Shown here: positions 17,594 through 26,858 of the stretch, piece after piece | How positions within the stretch are numbered: the stretch's first letter is position 1 | Layout: each line of letters starts with the position of its first letter | Origin: Myxococcota bacterium | Lineage (GTDB): Bacteria; Myxococcota_A; UBA9160; UBA6930 | DNA: 64,000 bases | Assembly (NCBI GenBank): GCA_965223415.1 | Contig: OZ245002.1 | Coordinates: forward strand, 992,001-1,056,000 | Reading direction: 5' to 3' | Notes under the pieces: generated by a model | What the model was told of the DNA's origin: nothing | The model's input: only the letters and a program-made list of their open reading frames with translations | Databases searched by the model: none | Program-made: the position numbers and the translations under genes

Positions 17594-18566
17594 ATGTCGA
17601 CCCCGGTCCAGGATCTGTTCCGGCAGCGCACCTTCGTGACCAACGCCGGAACGGAGACCTATCTCGTCTTCCAGCAGGGGTTTCCCCTGCCCGAGTTCTG
17701 CGCCTTCACCGTGTTCGACGACGCGGAGGCGTGGGCAGCCCTCGAGCGCGACTACCTGGCGCCGATCCTGCAGGCTGCGGCCGAGCACGGCCACGGAGCG
17801 CTGATCGACGCCCTCGTCTGGCGGGCCCAGCCCGACTTCATCGTGAAGCTCGGTCACGGCCCGGACGAGCTCCGCCCGATCAACGCGAGAGCCGTGGAGC
17901 GCACCCGGGAGAGCATCGACCACTGGCGGCGGCTGAACGGGCACGACCAGGACAGCCTCCCGGCGCTGATCGCGGCCGATCTCGGCCCTCGCGGCGACGG
18001 CTACCGCCTGGACGACACCTCACCCACCACCGATGCGGCTCGCGACTACCACCTGCCCCAGATCCGCGCCGTCGCGGAAGCCGGCGCCGACCTGGTGTGC
18101 GCGCTCACCATGACGAGCCTGGTCGAGTCCGTCGGCATCGTCGAGGCGGCGGCGATCACCGAGCTGCCGATCATCGTCTCACCCACCGTCGAGACCGACG
18201 GGCGGCTCCCCGACGGGAGCGAGCTGGGGACGTTCGTGTCGAGGGTCGACCTCGCCACCGATGCGGAGCCGCTCTTCTACATGGTCAACTGCGCGCATCC
18301 GAGCCACGTGCGGCGCCCTGGAGTCCGCTCGGTCGGCGGGCGAGGCCTGGCTGCAGCGCTTCCGGGGCTTCCGTGCGAACGCGTCCCGCAAGAGCCACGA
18401 GGAGCTGGACAAGAGCACCGAGCTCGACCGCGGCGACGTCGACGAGCTGGCCCGCGAGATGGCCGAGCTGAGCGAGGCCTTCGACCTGCGCGTCATCGGC
18501 GGCTGCTGCGGCACCGATCAGGAGCACCTGGCCGCGATCGCCGCGTGCGGGGGTGCCCGGAGCTGA
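17594..18566 (+). pseudogene. Homocysteine S-methyltransferase family gene, frameshifted near 18310
   Basis: One frame reads GTET...LGPRGDGY...MVNCAHPSH; the next frame continues RANASRKSHEELD...IGGCCGTD. Confidence 0.85.
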
Positions 18567-18596
18567 GCTCGCCAGGCGGGGGGGTATGCTCCGCCC

Positions 18597-19352
18597 ATGG
18601 CCTCCCCCGCCCGGCTCACGCCCCTCGGCTGCGGATGGCTGACCGGCGCGCTCGGCCTGTTCCTCCGCGGCCTCGAGGGTCGCCTCCGGGTGCCGGTGCC
18701 CGCCTACCGGATCGAGCATCCCCGGGGAACGGTGCTGTTCGACACGGGGATGCACCCGGACGTGGCCCGCGATCCCGAGGGCCGCTTGGGCTTCCTGGCC
18801 AAGGTCTTCGAGGTGGAGATGAGCGACGACGACCCTGTCGCCCGCCAGCTCGCCCTCCGCGACACGGACCCGGAGCGGGTCGACCTCGTGATCGTCTCGC
18901 ACCTGCACTTCGACCACGCCGGAGGCCTGGCCACCGTCCCCAACGCCGATCTCGTGGTGCAGCGGCGCGAGTGGGAGGCGGCCCTTGACCCGGAACTGGC
19001 CCGGCAGAACGCCCTGGACCCCAAGGACTTCGACCACGGCCACCGCGTCCGCCAGGTCGACGGAGAGTACGACGTCTTCGGCGACGGATCGGTCGTTTGT
19101 CTGCCGACCCATGGGCACACTCCGGGCCACCAGTCCCTGCTGGTGCGCACGGACGACGGAGACGCCGTCCTGACGGGCGATGCCTGCTACCTGCGGCGCA
19201 CCCTCGCCGAGCGCCATCTCCCGAACGTCGTGCACGACGAGGCGGGCATGCTCGACTCGCTGGAACGGCTCGCGCGGCTGGAGAAGGCCGGCGCCCGCAT
19301 CTACTTCGGTCACGACCCGGAGTTCTGGGCCGAGCTCGCGGCTTCGGGCTGA
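18597..19352 (+). CDS. N-acyl homoserine lactonase-like metallo-beta-lactamase
   Basis: SHLHFDHAGG, HGHTPGHQSL, TGDACY, GHD. Confidence 0.88.
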   Translation: MASPARLTPLGCGWLTGALGLFLRGLEGRLRVPVPAYRIEHPRGTVLFDTGMHPDVARDPEGRLGFLAKVFEVEMSDDDPVARQLALRDTDPERVDLVIVSHLHFDHAGGLATVPNADLVVQRREWEAALDPELARQNALDPKDFDHGHRVRQVDGEYDVFGDGSVVCLPTHGHTPGHQSLLVRTDDGDAVLTGDACYLRRTLAERHLPNVVHDEAGMLDSLERLARLEKAGARIYFGHDPEFWAELAASG

Positions 19353-19816
19353 TCCGTCACGACCAGGCGCACGAGGGGAATCCGGCGCGACGTCCTCTCC
19401 TGGTACCGCCCGTAGAACGGGCGATCCAGCGTCAGCGCGCGCCACACCGCCTCCCGATCGTCCCCGTCCAGCACCTCGGCGCGGGCCCGGAAGACGAGCC
19501 GCTTGTCCCGCACGCGAACGTCGGGGTTGGCGCCGCGGTCGCGCAGGTTGTGGAACCAGGCGGGATGCCGCGGCCCACCGGCGAGGGACGCCACCAGGAT
19601 GCGGCGACCGCCCTTGTCGAGCCAGAACGGCAGACACGCCACGTTCGGCCGCCCCGACCGACGGCCGGCGGTGTAGAGGAGGAGGTGGTCCATCCTCATG
19701 GCCCTCGTGAAGAGCCGGCCGCCGGTCTTCTCGTAGATCCACACCTGGAGACGCGTCGTCCAGGGAATCAGCCAGAGCGGGGGCGTGGGGAACCAGCGAG
19801 CGCGTTGGTCAGGCAA
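19310..19816 (-). CDS. Deazaflavin (F420)-dependent nitroreductase/quinone reductase family (Ddn-like)
   Basis: LLLYTAGRRSG, VASLAGGPRHPAWFHNL, YQERTSRRIPLVRL. Confidence 0.85.
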   Translation of the reverse strand: MPDQRARWFPTPPLWLIPWTTRLQVWIYEKTGGRLFTRAMRMDHLLLYTAGRRSGRPNVACLPFWLDKGGRRILVASLAGGPRHPAWFHNLRDRGANPDVRVRDKRLVFRARAEVLDGDDREAVWRALTLDRPFYGRYQERTSRRIPLVRLVVTDQPEAASSAQNSGS

Positions 19817-19825
19817 GACGCGGCC

Positions 19826-20299
19826 TCATCCTCCCGAACGTAGCCGCGTTTCCGCGAGGCGTTTCTCCATCCGAAACGAGGGGAGCGGCGGCGCGCCCTC
19901 GACCTCGATCCACTCCCAGGCGACGACCCGATAGCCCTGGGAGGCGTACAGGGGTCGGCCTGCCACGGTGGCCTGCAGCAGCGCGTGCCGATAGCCATGG
20001 GAGCGGGCCGCCTGCTCGGCGTGGGACAGGATCCGGCGGGCGATCCCCAGACGGGCGAAGGCGGGATGGACGAAGAAGCCCCGCATCCGCGCGGGCGCAA
20101 CACCCGGCTCCTCCGACGCGGCGTCTCCCGGGGCCGTGTCGCCGCCGCCGAACAGGCGACGGCGAAAGCTCCACCCCCCGCAGCCGACGATGCGCTCGTC
20201 CCGGGTGGCGACGAAGTAGGTGCCGTCCTCGACCAGCCGCCTCCGCGGAGGCCGGCCGAAGGCGAACGCCGCCTTCCCGATCTCCCTGCAGGCACGCAC
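19826..20299 (-). CDS. GNAT N-acetyltransferase (N-terminus appears short or uncertain)
   Basis: GTYFVA...IVGCGGWS...FFVHPAFARLGIARRIL...ATVAGRPLY. Confidence 0.75.
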   Translation of the reverse strand: MRACREIGKAAFAFGRPPRRRLVEDGTYFVATRDERIVGCGGWSFRRRLFGGGDTAPGDAASEEPGVAPARMRGFFVHPAFARLGIARRILSHAEQAARSHGYRHALLQATVAGRPLYASQGYRVVAWEWIEVEGAPPLPSFRMEKRLAETRLRSGG

Positions 20300-20472
20300 T
20301 AGACCAGCTCCGCCAGCCAGGGCGTGAGCGAGGTCGCCAGCATGGCGAGCAGGAGCGCCGGCACCGTGTAGCGGAGCGCGACGCGCCACAGGCGCAGGCC
20401 GCGCACCCGCTCCGCACCGAACCGCACCTCGTGGATCGGCCGGTCCATCCCGAAACTCACCAGCAGCGACAT
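20299..20472 (-). CDS. 57-aa membrane peptide, possibly a transporter C-terminal remnant
   Basis: MSLLVSFG...LWRVALRYTVPALLLAMLATSL; resembles the last helix of NSS-type sodium symporters. Confidence 0.35.
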   Translation of the reverse strand: MSLLVSFGMDRPIHEVRFGAERVRGLRLWRVALRYTVPALLLAMLATSLTPWLAELV

Positions 20473-20495
20473 CCGCCGACGGAAGGGGCCCGAGG

Positions 20496-20885
20496 CTAGC
20501 GGCTGCCGAAGCCCCGCTTGGCAGGGCCCTTCCGGGTGAGCTCGAGGGCCTTCTCGGCCACGGCCCGGGCGGCCTCGGCCTGGCTCTCGTAGATCTCGTC
20601 CTGCAGCAGCTCCTTCGCGCGCCGGAAGTCGTCCTGCCGGAAGGTTTTGTCGACCCGGGGCTTCAGAGCGAACACGTGGCCGACGTGCACCTCGCGGGCC
20701 GACGCGCCGGCGGCCTTCGGCTTCGCGGCGGGCTTCTTCGCCGCAGCCTTCTTCGAGGCAGCCTTCGGCTTCGCCGCGGCCTTCTTCGAGGCAGCCTTCG
20801 GCTTCGCCGCGGCCTTCTTCGTCGCGGCCTTCTTCGTCGCGGCCTTCTTCGTGGACGTCTTGCCGGCGGTCTTGCGCGCTGCCAT
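20496..20885 (-). CDS. Lys/Ala-rich histone H1-like protein with a small C-terminal domain
   Basis: KKAATKKAATKKAAAKPKAASKKAAAKPK repeats. Confidence 0.75.
   Translation of the reverse strand: MAARKTAGKTSTKKAATKKAATKKAAAKPKAASKKAAAKPKAASKKAAAKKPAAKPKAAGASAREVHVGHVFALKPRVDKTFRQDDFRRAKELLQDEIYESQAEAARAVAEKALELTRKGPAKRGFGSR
20746..20850. repeat. Coding tandem repeats (two 33-bp and two-plus 15-bp units)
   Basis: GCCTTCTTCGAGGCAGCCTTCGGCTTCGCCGCG twice, then GCCTTCTTCGTCGCG twice. Confidence 0.85.
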
Positions 20886-20925
20886 CCGCGGAGCCTAGCC
20901 CTCGGGCAGCTCCCGCACCGCCCGG

Positions 20926-21399
20926 TCAGAGATGGCTGCGGACCGCCTCCCCGATCTCCTCCGGCGTCGTCGCCGGCCCGTAGCGGGCGATCACCTGGCC
21001 GTCCTTCCCGACCAGGAACTTGGTGAAGTTCCAGCCGATGTCCTCGTTGCCCTCTTCGTCCGGGTGGCCGGCCTTCAGGAACCGGTAGAGGTCGCAGGCG
21101 CCGTCGCCGTTCACCTCGATCTTGGCGAACATCGGGAAGCTCGCGCCGTACTTGGAGCGCGCGAACTCGAGGATCTCCTCGTTCGTGCCGGGCTCCTGGG
21201 CACCGAACTGGTTGCAGGGGAAGCCGAGGACGCTGAGCCCGTCGGTCTCGTCGTGGAGGGTACGCAGACCTGCGTACTGGCCGGTGAGGCCTCACTGGCT
21301 CGCGACGTTGACCACCAGGCTGAGCTGTCCCTCGAACTCCGAGAGGGCAACGTCTTCGCCGGCGATCGACGGCATCGTGAAGTCGTGCATGCTGGCCAT
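20926..21399 (-). CDS. gpx: Selenocysteine-containing glutathione peroxidase (UGA = Sec36)
   Basis: LVVNVASQ-TGA-GLTGQY...GFPCNQFGAQEPG...WNFTKFLV in one frame; TGA at 21292-21294 occupies the catalytic position. Confidence 0.93.
21260..21277 (-). promoter_or_regulatory. Bacterial SECIS hairpin of gpx
   Basis: GTACGCAG-GT-CTGCGTAC, starting 14 nt 3' of the UGA. Confidence 0.8.
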
Positions 21400-21456
21400 G
21401 GCGCCCTCCGATGTGGTTGACTCCGAGTCTACCAGAGCGACGGGAGCGGGAGGTAC

Positions 21457-22920
21457 ATGATGGCATCCTGGGCCTACCAGACGACGAGCGAGCTCCTCGC
21501 GGCCATGGACCGCGGCGAGCTGACGAGTGTGGCGCTCCTCGACCTCCTCCTCGCCCGCATCAAGCGCTGGAACGGCGAGCTGAACGCCGTCGTCACCCTG
21601 GCTGCCGACGAGGCGCGGGCTCGCGCTCGCGAGGCCGATGCGGCCCGGGCGCGGGGCGAGCGGTGGGGCCCCCTGCACGGCCTGCCCATGACCGTGAAGG
21701 AGTGCATCGAGGTCGCGGGGCAGCCGACCACGAGCGGGGCGCCGGAGCTGGCCGGCCACGTCCCGACCGCCGACGCCGACACGGTGCGCCGCCTGAAGGA
21801 CGCGGGCGCCATCGTCTTTGGCGGCACGAACCTTCCGCTGTTTGCCGGCGACCTCCAGAGCTACAACGCCGTGTACGGAACGACGAACAATCCCTGGAAC
21901 CCGGAGCGGGGGCCCGGCGGCTCGAGCGGCGGCTCCGCGGCGGCCCTCGCCGCGGGCCTCACGCCCCTCGAGCTGGGCAGCGACATCGGGGGCTCGATCC
22001 GCAACCCGGCCCACTTCTGCGGCGTGTACGGGCACAAGCCGAGCTGGGGCATCGTGTCGGGGCGCGGCCACGTCCCCGGCCCTCCCGGCCAACGCTCGCG
22101 GCCTGACCTGGCCGTGCTGGGGCCCCTGGCCCGCTCCGCCGGCGACCTGGCCGTCGCAATGGACGTGCTGGTCGGACCCTTCGAGGAAGACGCCACCGCC
22201 TGGAAGATCGAGCTTCCCCCGCCGCGCAGGAATCGGCTCGCGGACTTCCGCGTCGCGGTGCTGCCGGACCTGCCGGGGCGGCCGGTGTCCGAGGCCGTGC
22301 GCAGCCGCATCCAGGCGGCGGCCGACGCGATCGCCGCTGCCGGCGCGAAGCTGGACACCCAGGCGCGACCCGACGTCGACTTCGAGGAGACCCACGAGCT
22401 CTACCTGCGGCTGCTCGCCGGCGTGATGGGCACGGGCTACCCGCCGACGGTCATCGCCGAGATGGAGAAAGCGCTGGCGGAGCTCGACCCGAGCGACCGG
22501 AGCCCGGACGCCCAGAGCGTGCGCGGTGCCGTGGGTCCCCATCGCAGGTGGCTCTCGGACCACGAGCGCCGGGAGCAGCTGCGCGGCCGGTGGGCCGACT
22601 TCTTCCGCGACCATGACGTGCTGCTGTGCCCGGTCGCGCCCACCACGGCCTTCCCCCACGATCACCGCCCCTTCGCGGAGCGCCGCCTCGCCGTCGACGA
22701 TCAGGAGATCCCGTACTTCGAGCAGATCTTCTGGGCGGGGATCGCCACGGTCGCCTACCTGCCGGCGACCGTGGTGCCGGTGGGCCCGGCGGACGACGGG
22801 CTGCCCGTGGGGATGCAGGTGATCGGCCCCTACCTGGAAGACCGCACGACGATCGCCTTCGCCGGCCTGATCGAGCCCGTCGTCGGCGGCTTCCGGCCTC
22901 CCCCCGGATACGGGGACTGA
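21457..22920 (+). CDS. Amidase (amidase signature family)
   Basis: GPLHGLPMTVKE, GGSSGGSAAA, GSDIGGSIRNPA. Confidence 0.93.
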   Translation: MMASWAYQTTSELLAAMDRGELTSVALLDLLLARIKRWNGELNAVVTLAADEARARAREADAARARGERWGPLHGLPMTVKECIEVAGQPTTSGAPELAGHVPTADADTVRRLKDAGAIVFGGTNLPLFAGDLQSYNAVYGTTNNPWNPERGPGGSSGGSAAALAAGLTPLELGSDIGGSIRNPAHFCGVYGHKPSWGIVSGRGHVPGPPGQRSRPDLAVLGPLARSAGDLAVAMDVLVGPFEEDATAWKIELPPPRRNRLADFRVAVLPDLPGRPVSEAVRSRIQAAADAIAAAGAKLDTQARPDVDFEETHELYLRLLAGVMGTGYPPTVIAEMEKALAELDPSDRSPDAQSVRGAVGPHRRWLSDHERREQLRGRWADFFRDHDVLLCPVAPTTAFPHDHRPFAERRLAVDDQEIPYFEQIFWAGIATVAYLPATVVPVGPADDGLPVGMQVIGPYLEDRTTIAFAGLIEPVVGGFRPPPGYGD

Positions 22921-22966
22921 ATCCGGTGTAGGATGGACGGTCCCGGGGGGCGAAGGGAGCAGTCCC

Positions 22967-24388
22967 ATGCAACAGCTGTCCGGAATGGACGCCGCGTTCC
23001 TCTACTTCGAGACCGCCAACGCGCCGACCCACATCGGCTCCTTCGCGATCTACGACCAGTCCACGGCGCCGGGCGGCAGGGTCACCTTCAAGGGCATCCT
23101 CGCCAATGTCGAGCGCCGCCTGCACCTGGCGCGCTGCTTCCGCCAGAAGCTCGTCTACGCGCCGCTGAACCTCGACCACCCCTACTGGCTCGAGGATCCG
23201 GAGTTCGACCTCGAGTTCCACGTGCGCCACATCGCCCTCCCCCATCCCGGGGATTGGCGACAGCTTTGCATCCAGGTCGCGCGCATCCACGCGCGGCCTC
23301 TCGACCTCTCCCGGCCCCTGTGGGAGATGTACGTGATCGAGGGCCTCGACAACGTCGAGGGGGTTCCCGCGGGCAGCTTCGCCGTGATGACGAAGATCCA
23401 CCACGCGGCCATCGACGGCGTGTCGGGCGCCGAGCTCGCCGGGGCCATCCACGATACGGCCCCCGACGCGGAGCCCGCGCCCCCGGACGAGGAGTGGCGC
23501 GCCGAGCGCGAGCCCAGCCTGCTGGAGATGGCGACGCGCACCACCCTGAACAACATGCGAAGCCCCTTCCGCTTCGCGCGCGTGCTGGGCCAGACCGCAC
23601 CGGGTCTGATGAACTTCTTCCGCAGCACGCCGGAAGAGGAGTTGGACGAGGTCAAGGAGGTGCCGCGCACGCGCTTCAACGGCACGATCTCGTCCCACCG
23701 CGTGATCGAAGGTCGGGCCTTCTCGCTCCAGGACATCCGCGAGATCCGCAAGCGAGTCCCGGGCTCGACGGTGAACGACGTGATCCTCACCGTGTGCGCC
23801 GGCGGCCTGCGCAAGTACCTCGAGTTCCACCGCGAGCTGCCTCGCGAGAGCCTGGTGGCGATGGCGCCGATCTCGGTGCGCAGCGAGGAAGAGGCGGGCA
23901 CGGCGGGCAACGTCATCTCGGCCATGTCCGTCACGCTCTACACGGACGAGGCCGACCCCCTCGAGCGGCTGGGCAAGGTGCACCGCGGAACCCGCGGCTC
24001 GAAGAAGACCGCCGAGGCCGTCGGCGCCCGGACGATGACCGACATCAGCCAGTTCATGCCGGGCACCCTGGCGGGCCTCGCCGCCCGCCTCTACACCCGG
24101 CTCGGCCTCGCCAACAACGTGAAACCGTTCCTGAACACGGTGATCACGAACGTCCCGGGCCCGCAGATCCCCCTCTACTTCACCGGCGCGAAGATGTGCG
24201 GCCTGTACGGCCTCGGCCCGATCATGGATGGCATGGGCATCATCCATCCCGTGTTCAGCTATTCGGGACGTATCAGCATCTCGGTGACGGCGTGCCGGGA
24301 GATGCTGCCGGATCCGGGCTTCTATGCGGATTGCCTGGAGGCGGCCTTCGACGAGCTCCTGGTGGAGGCGCGCAAGCCGGCGCCCTAG
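22967..24388 (+). CDS. WS/DGAT acyltransferase
   Basis: HHAAIDG, RPLWE, TNVPGP. Confidence 0.93.
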   Translation: MQQLSGMDAAFLYFETANAPTHIGSFAIYDQSTAPGGRVTFKGILANVERRLHLARCFRQKLVYAPLNLDHPYWLEDPEFDLEFHVRHIALPHPGDWRQLCIQVARIHARPLDLSRPLWEMYVIEGLDNVEGVPAGSFAVMTKIHHAAIDGVSGAELAGAIHDTAPDAEPAPPDEEWRAEREPSLLEMATRTTLNNMRSPFRFARVLGQTAPGLMNFFRSTPEEELDEVKEVPRTRFNGTISSHRVIEGRAFSLQDIREIRKRVPGSTVNDVILTVCAGGLRKYLEFHRELPRESLVAMAPISVRSEEEAGTAGNVISAMSVTLYTDEADPLERLGKVHRGTRGSKKTAEAVGARTMTDISQFMPGTLAGLAARLYTRLGLANNVKPFLNTVITNVPGPQIPLYFTGAKMCGLYGLGPIMDGMGIIHPVFSYSGRISISVTACREMLPDPGFYADCLEAAFDELLVEARKPAP

Positions 24389-25913
24389 CCCTGATCCGGC
24401 ATTGAGATCACGGATCCGAGCGTAGGTCTGGCGGGCTCACGCGGCGAGCGCGGTCTCGGCGGCCCGGATGGTGGAGCGGCTGCGCGAGGACGCGGCGATT
24501 CGGAGCGAAGCGCGTCCGGCAGGCCGAGCGATGCGGCCAGGGAGCTGGATCAGCTCGAAGCGGAGCGTGCGGAGCGAGGGGAAGCGGAGCCGGGCGGTCC
24601 GCTTTCGGCCGTTGGGTCGCTCTGGCAGGCCAAGCGTGGCTTGGAAGTCCCGCACCAGGTTGTGGGTCAGGGCACTGAGCAGCTGCCAGTTGCTGTTGGC
24701 GTCCCAGTCCTGGGTCGGGATGGTGGCGAACGCCAGGTGCTGTTTGAGCTCGGCCAGCGTCTTCTCGTGGCCGCCGCGTCCGGCCATGAAGGCCCAGACG
24801 GCGGCCTCGCTGGTCCGCTTGTTCGTCGCGACCATCGAGTACTCGTAGTGGCCATCGTCCGGGGTGAAGAGGTCGAGCTGGAAGTTCTTCGCGCTTCGCC
24901 CGGAGACCTTCTTGCGGAACACCACGATCCGCTCGCAGCGCTTCCACTGTGGGATCCGGTGGACGACGGAGAAGGCGTCGACGCTCGCGTTGACGCGGTG
25001 CCAACGCTTCCGGGCGGCGATCTTCTCACGCACGCCGAGCCAGCGCCACATGGGGACCTTGAGGGCGTACTCCACGCGAGAGGCCGTGAGAACCTCGAGA
25101 ACGGCCTTCTGGAAGAAGGCGCCATCGAGCCGCACCTCGATCGGGACCCGATCGAGGCGCCGCTTCGCGTCGCCCAGGAGAAAGGCCAGCTTCTCCGCAG
25201 CGCCCACCGCATCGTTCACATTGCCCGGCCGGTTCCATACGCCGAGCAGCTGGCTCGTCTGCGCCAGGTGCGCCGTCAGCGGGTAGTAGGACGGGTCCTT
25301 CGGGTGATGTGGGTTGAAGCCGCGCTCGGCGCCGTCCACGTACTCGCCCGTCCGAAGCACGGTGCCGTCCAGCTCGATCGTGGCCCGCTCCAAGCCGAGC
25401 CCTGTGTGGGTTCCATAGGCCATGTCCCGCAGCAGTTCGTTCAGACGATCGCGGTAGCCCGACGTCAGCTCCTTCAGGTTCCTCGCCAGGGTCCGCTCGT
25501 CCGGAAGCCGCTGCAATCGGACGAACCGCCGAAACAACGGATCCCGATCGAGCACCCGGACATGCGAGAGACGGCTCCCTCCCAGCAGCAGCATCCCCAC
25601 CACCACCAGCATGCAGCGGAAGGATCCGTAGTCCGAGTCGAACGCCCGATCCGCAAAGGCCGCTTTCAGGCGCTCTGCCCAAAAGCGGTCGAAGAAGCGC
25701 CGGAACAGCTCCAGCCCGCCGTAGCTCGTCAGCGCCTCATCCGTGAAGGCGATCGACAATTCGCCCTTGACGCGGGCTCGAATCCGGTGTCTGCTTAGCT
25801 TCACGAATGTGGCTCCTCGGAGGCATGATGGTGGTTGGCACTTCCATCAAGCACACCGACGGAGCCACTTTCAATTCCGGGCTTTCCCTACACCTCGCAA
25901 TGCCGGATCAGGG
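24389..25913 (-). mobile_element. Complete IS1380-family insertion sequence (1525 bp)
   Basis: Perfect 16-bp IRs CCCTGATCCGGCATTG (24389-24404) and CAATGCCGGATCAGGG (25898-25913); CTAG on both flanks. Confidence 0.92.
24437..25804 (-). CDS. IS1380-family DDE transposase
   Basis: LTSYGGL, IELDGT, YYPL, RPGN, VRLDGAF, RGGHEKTLAELK. Confidence 0.92.
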   Translation of the reverse strand: MKLSRHRIRARVKGELSIAFTDEALTSYGGLELFRRFFDRFWAERLKAAFADRAFDSDYGSFRCMLVVVGMLLLGGSRLSHVRVLDRDPLFRRFVRLQRLPDERTLARNLKELTSGYRDRLNELLRDMAYGTHTGLGLERATIELDGTVLRTGEYVDGAERGFNPHHPKDPSYYPLTAHLAQTSQLLGVWNRPGNVNDAVGAAEKLAFLLGDAKRRLDRVPIEVRLDGAFFQKAVLEVLTASRVEYALKVPMWRWLGVREKIAARKRWHRVNASVDAFSVVHRIPQWKRCERIVVFRKKVSGRSAKNFQLDLFTPDDGHYEYSMVATNKRTSEAAVWAFMAGRGGHEKTLAELKQHLAFATIPTQDWDANSNWQLLSALTHNLVRDFQATLGLPERPNGRKRTARLRFPSLRTLRFELIQLPGRIARPAGRASLRIAASSRSRSTIRAAETALAA

Positions 25914-25925
25914 CTAGGCGGGGCC

Positions 25926-26723
25926 TCAGGGCTCCACGGGCTCCGATGCGCTGCTCCGCGCCTGCTCGAGGAGCTCGAGGGCGCGCATGGAGAAGGCGCC
26001 CGGGGGCGGCACGTAGTGGGGCAGCAGATCGAGCACCTGGGCGAAGCGCTGGAGGGCCGCGGCGTCGTCGCCCTGGCCGAGGTTCACCATGGCGGTCATC
26101 AGGGCCACCTGGGCGCGCAAGCGTTTCGAGGGCTCGTCGTCGGGAAGATCGGCGGCGATCGCGTCGGCGCGGGCCAGCGCGTCGAGGGCGCCGTCGTAGT
26201 CCTCGCCCTGGTGGCGGGACTGGGCGTCCTCGAGCAGCGCCGCGACCTCGGCGCTGCGCCCGGCGTCCTGGGCGGGGGGCGGATCGCCAGCCGGGGGCGG
26301 AGGATCGGCGGCCGGGGGCGGAGGCGGATCGGCAGGCATGGTGGCTTCGGACGCACTCCGCTGCGGGGGCGGATCCGGGGCCTTCGCGCTCTCCCCCGCG
26401 TCGAAGTCGTGGGCGGGCGGGACGGCGGCCGCGGCGGCGACCGGAATGCGCAGCACGTGGCCGACCTCCAGGCGGTCCGGGTCCGGAATCGCGTTGGCCC
26501 CGACCACCTCCTCGAGGGAGACGGCATGGTCCCTGGCGATCTCGAAGAGGGTGTCACCTGCCACCACCTCGTAGCGGGTGTGGGCGGCGACGGCGGGCTG
26601 GGCGGCAGGGGGCGGCTCCTCGGCCAGGGGCGCCGGGGGCGCCGGAGGCGGGGCGGCACACGCCGCCATCGAGAGGAGCGCTGCGAGAGCGAGCTCCCAC
26701 GAGCGGCCGGGAATCTGCATCAT
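25926..26723 (-). CDS. LysM-domain lipoprotein with Pro-rich linker and TPR-like C-terminus
   Basis: Lipobox-like MAAC; YEVVAGDTLFEIARDHAVSLEEVVGANAIPDPDRLEVGHVLRIP. Confidence 0.85.
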   Translation of the reverse strand: MMQIPGRSWELALAALLSMAACAAPPPAPPAPLAEEPPPAAQPAVAAHTRYEVVAGDTLFEIARDHAVSLEEVVGANAIPDPDRLEVGHVLRIPVAAAAAVPPAHDFDAGESAKAPDPPPQRSASEATMPADPPPPPAADPPPPAGDPPPAQDAGRSAEVAALLEDAQSRHQGEDYDGALDALARADAIAADLPDDEPSKRLRAQVALMTAMVNLGQGDDAAALQRFAQVLDLLPHYVPPPGAFSMRALELLEQARSSASEPVEP

Positions 26724-26858
26724 CCATCTCCTGCGGGGTGAACCGGGTGGATTTTACCCCATATCGATCGAAGAGGGCGGCCGGGGGACGACACGAGACT
26801 ACCGACCCTGGCGATCGCCGGAAGCGGGGCCGCCACATCCGCGTGCTACTCGTGCCGG

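Noticed and set aside
18290..18330. Programmed frameshift or Sec recoding in the methyltransferase
   Set aside because: No slippery sequence and no in-frame UGA; a simple indel explains it
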